From IMG/VR virus record IMGVR_UViG_2627853765_000006, positions 1 to 9,135 of that record: 9,135 nucleotides of DNA. One strand, given 5' to 3'. This DNA is from a virus. Taxonomy: Duplodnaviria; Heunggongvirae; Uroviricota; Caudoviricetes. Shown here piece by piece: positions 7,075 to 9,135 of this stretch. The notes below the pieces were generated by a model. It saw only the letters and a list, made by a program, of their open reading frames with translations, made no database searches and had not been told where the DNA came from. Each line of letters starts with the position of its first letter. Within the stretch, counting starts at the first letter, position 1. The translations under genes were made by a program, and so were the position numbers.

Positions 7075-7937
7075 GCTTAGTCAGCCGTTGTCTCCGGGTG
7101 TCGCGTGCGCAGTTGCACGTCATTCTCAGACGAACCGATGACTGGATGGATGGCCGCCGCAGTCGTCACACTGATGATACGGATGTGCTTCTCCGTATAC
7201 ACCATGTTATCGGAGAGCTGCCCACGTATGGTTATCGTCGGGTATGGGCGCTGCTTCGCAGACAGGCAGAACTTGATGGTATGCCTGCGATCAATGCCAA
7301 ACGTGTTTACCGGATCATGCGCCAGAATGCGCTGTTGCTTGAGCGAAAACCTGCTGTACCGCCATCGAAACGGGCACATACAGGCAGAGTGGCCGTGAAA
7401 GAAAGCAATCAGCGATGGTGCTCTGACGGGTTCGAGTTCTGCTGTGATAACGGAGAGAGACTGCGTGTCACGTTCGCGCTGGACTGCTGTGATCGTGAGG
7501 CACTGCACTGGGCGGTGACTACCGGCGGCTTCAACAGTGAAACAGTACAGGACGTCATGCTGGGAGCGGTGGAACGCCGCTTCGGCAACGATCTTCCGTC
7601 GTCTCCAGTGGAGTGGCTGACGGATAATGGTTCATGCTACCGGGCTAATGAAACACGCCAGTTCGCCCGGATGTTGGGACTTGAACCGAAGAACACGGCG
7701 GTGCGGAGTCCGGAGAGTAACGGAATAGCAGAGAGCTTCGTGAAAACGATAAAGCGTGACTACATCAGTATCATGCCCAAACCAGACGGGTTAACGGCAG
7801 CAAAGAACCTTGCAGAGGCGTTCGAGCATTATAACGAATGGCATCCGCATAGTGCGCTGGGTTATCGCTCGCCACGGGAATATCTGCGGCAGCGGGCTTG
7901 TAATGGGTTAAGTGATAACAGATGTCTGGAAATATAG
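7032..7937 (+). CDS. insD: IS2 InsD (OrfB, DDE transposase domain; normally expressed as InsCD by -1 frameshift)
   Basis: 301-aa [52 protein letters not shown]… matching IS2 InsD; overlaps the 3' end of insC in the -1 frame. Confidence 0.85.
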
Positions 7938-7948
7938 GGGCAAATCCA

Positions 7949-8230
7949 GGAGCGTTCTGGCTCGTTTTGCTGATCATCGCAGGTTGGGGCGGTCTGGTCC
8001 GCTACCTGATAGATGTGAAGCAGAGTAAAGCAACGTGGAGTTGGATAAATGCTCTGGCTCAGATAGTGGTATCAGGATTCACCGGTGTTATTGGTGGCCT
8101 GATCAGCATCGAAAGTGGATTCAGTATTTACATGATTCTCGCGACAGCGGGGATTAGTGGTGCGATGGGTTCGGTTGCACTGACGTACTTCTGGGAACGA
8201 CTGACAGGGGTGAAAAATGCAAAATCTTAA
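7949..8230 (+). pseudogene. phage holin, 5'-truncated at the IS2 right end
   Basis: 93 codons with three hydrophobic segments (AFWLVLLIIAGWGGLV / WSWINALAQIVVSGFTGVIGGLI / FSIYMILATAGISGAMGSVALTYF) and a charged C-terminus; overlaps the start of the lambda R-like endolysin. The first 9 codons of the ORF-track entry (MSGNIGANP) are IS2 sequence. Confidence 0.5.
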
Positions 8231-8473
8231 TCCTCAGCGTAAAGCTTTCCTCGATATGGTGGCATGGTCAGAAGGAACGGATAACGGGCGACAACCGACA
8301 CGTAACCACGGTTATGATATTATTGTCGGTGGTGAACTCTTCACTGATTACTCCGATCACCCTCGCAAACTTGTCACGCTAAACCCCAAACTCAAATCAA
8401 CAGCTGCAGGCCGTTATCAACTTCTTTCACGCTGGTGGGATGCTTACCGCAAGCAGCTTGGGCTGAAAGACTT
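8217..8473 (+). pseudogene. lambda R-like endolysin (lytic transglycosylase), 3'-truncated by the IS911-like element after codon 86
   Basis: MQNLNPQRKAFLDMVAWSEGTDNGRQPTRNHGYDIIVGGELFTDYSDHPRKLVTLNPKLKSTAAGRYQLLSRWWDAYRKQLGLKDF is near-identical to the N-terminal half of lambda R as I recall it; similarity stops at the IS terminus TGAAGTGG (8474). Confidence 0.8.

Positions 8474-9135
<662 letters not shown>

Larger units (their letters stand above)
6738..7948 (+). mobile_element. IS2 (IS3 family), 5'-truncated: left IR and start of insC replaced by IS1; right end intact
   Basis: Right terminus …GATGTCTGGAAATATAGGGGCAAATCCA ends at 7948; InsC/InsD reading frames present; 1211 bp against 1331 bp expected for full IS2. 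Confidence 0.85.

Noticed and set aside
5996-7977. ORFs 5996..6208, 6398..6688, 6774..7001, 6844..7044, 7077..7508, 7105..7398 and 7771..7977 within IS1/IS2
   Set aside because: Alternative-frame or antisense ORFs inside well-characterised IS transposase genes.

Overview
Enterobacterial (E. coli/Shigella-type) chromosome at the proA–thrW junction, followed by a heavily IS-eroded lambdoid prophage remnant. From the sequence I read: a complete proA (1..1254), tRNA-Thr thrW (1369..1444), the 3' fragment of a tyrosine integrase next to the tRNA, a full IS600-like IS3-family element (1931..3194), an inverted immunity/early segment (replication-initiator fragment, a hypothetical frameshifted gene, YdaT/CII-like gene, Cro-like gene, two palindromic operators, CI repressor with S24 peptidase domain, intrinsic terminator, and a probable PL/boxA leader), a full IS1 (5970..6737) abutting a 5'-truncated IS2 (6738..7948), a holin–endolysin R lysis remnant, and the right end of an IS911-like element running off the window. 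No CRISPR array or rRNA was seen. Four different IS elements cutting one prophage suggests a Shigella-like genome. I found no complete novel system; the most interesting unexplained signals are an rrn-type boxA motif in the putative PL leader without a recognisable N gene, a small membrane ORF at the N-gene position, and a frameshifted gene between the CII-like and replication genes. All family assignments rest on recalled sequence similarity and motifs, not on searches.
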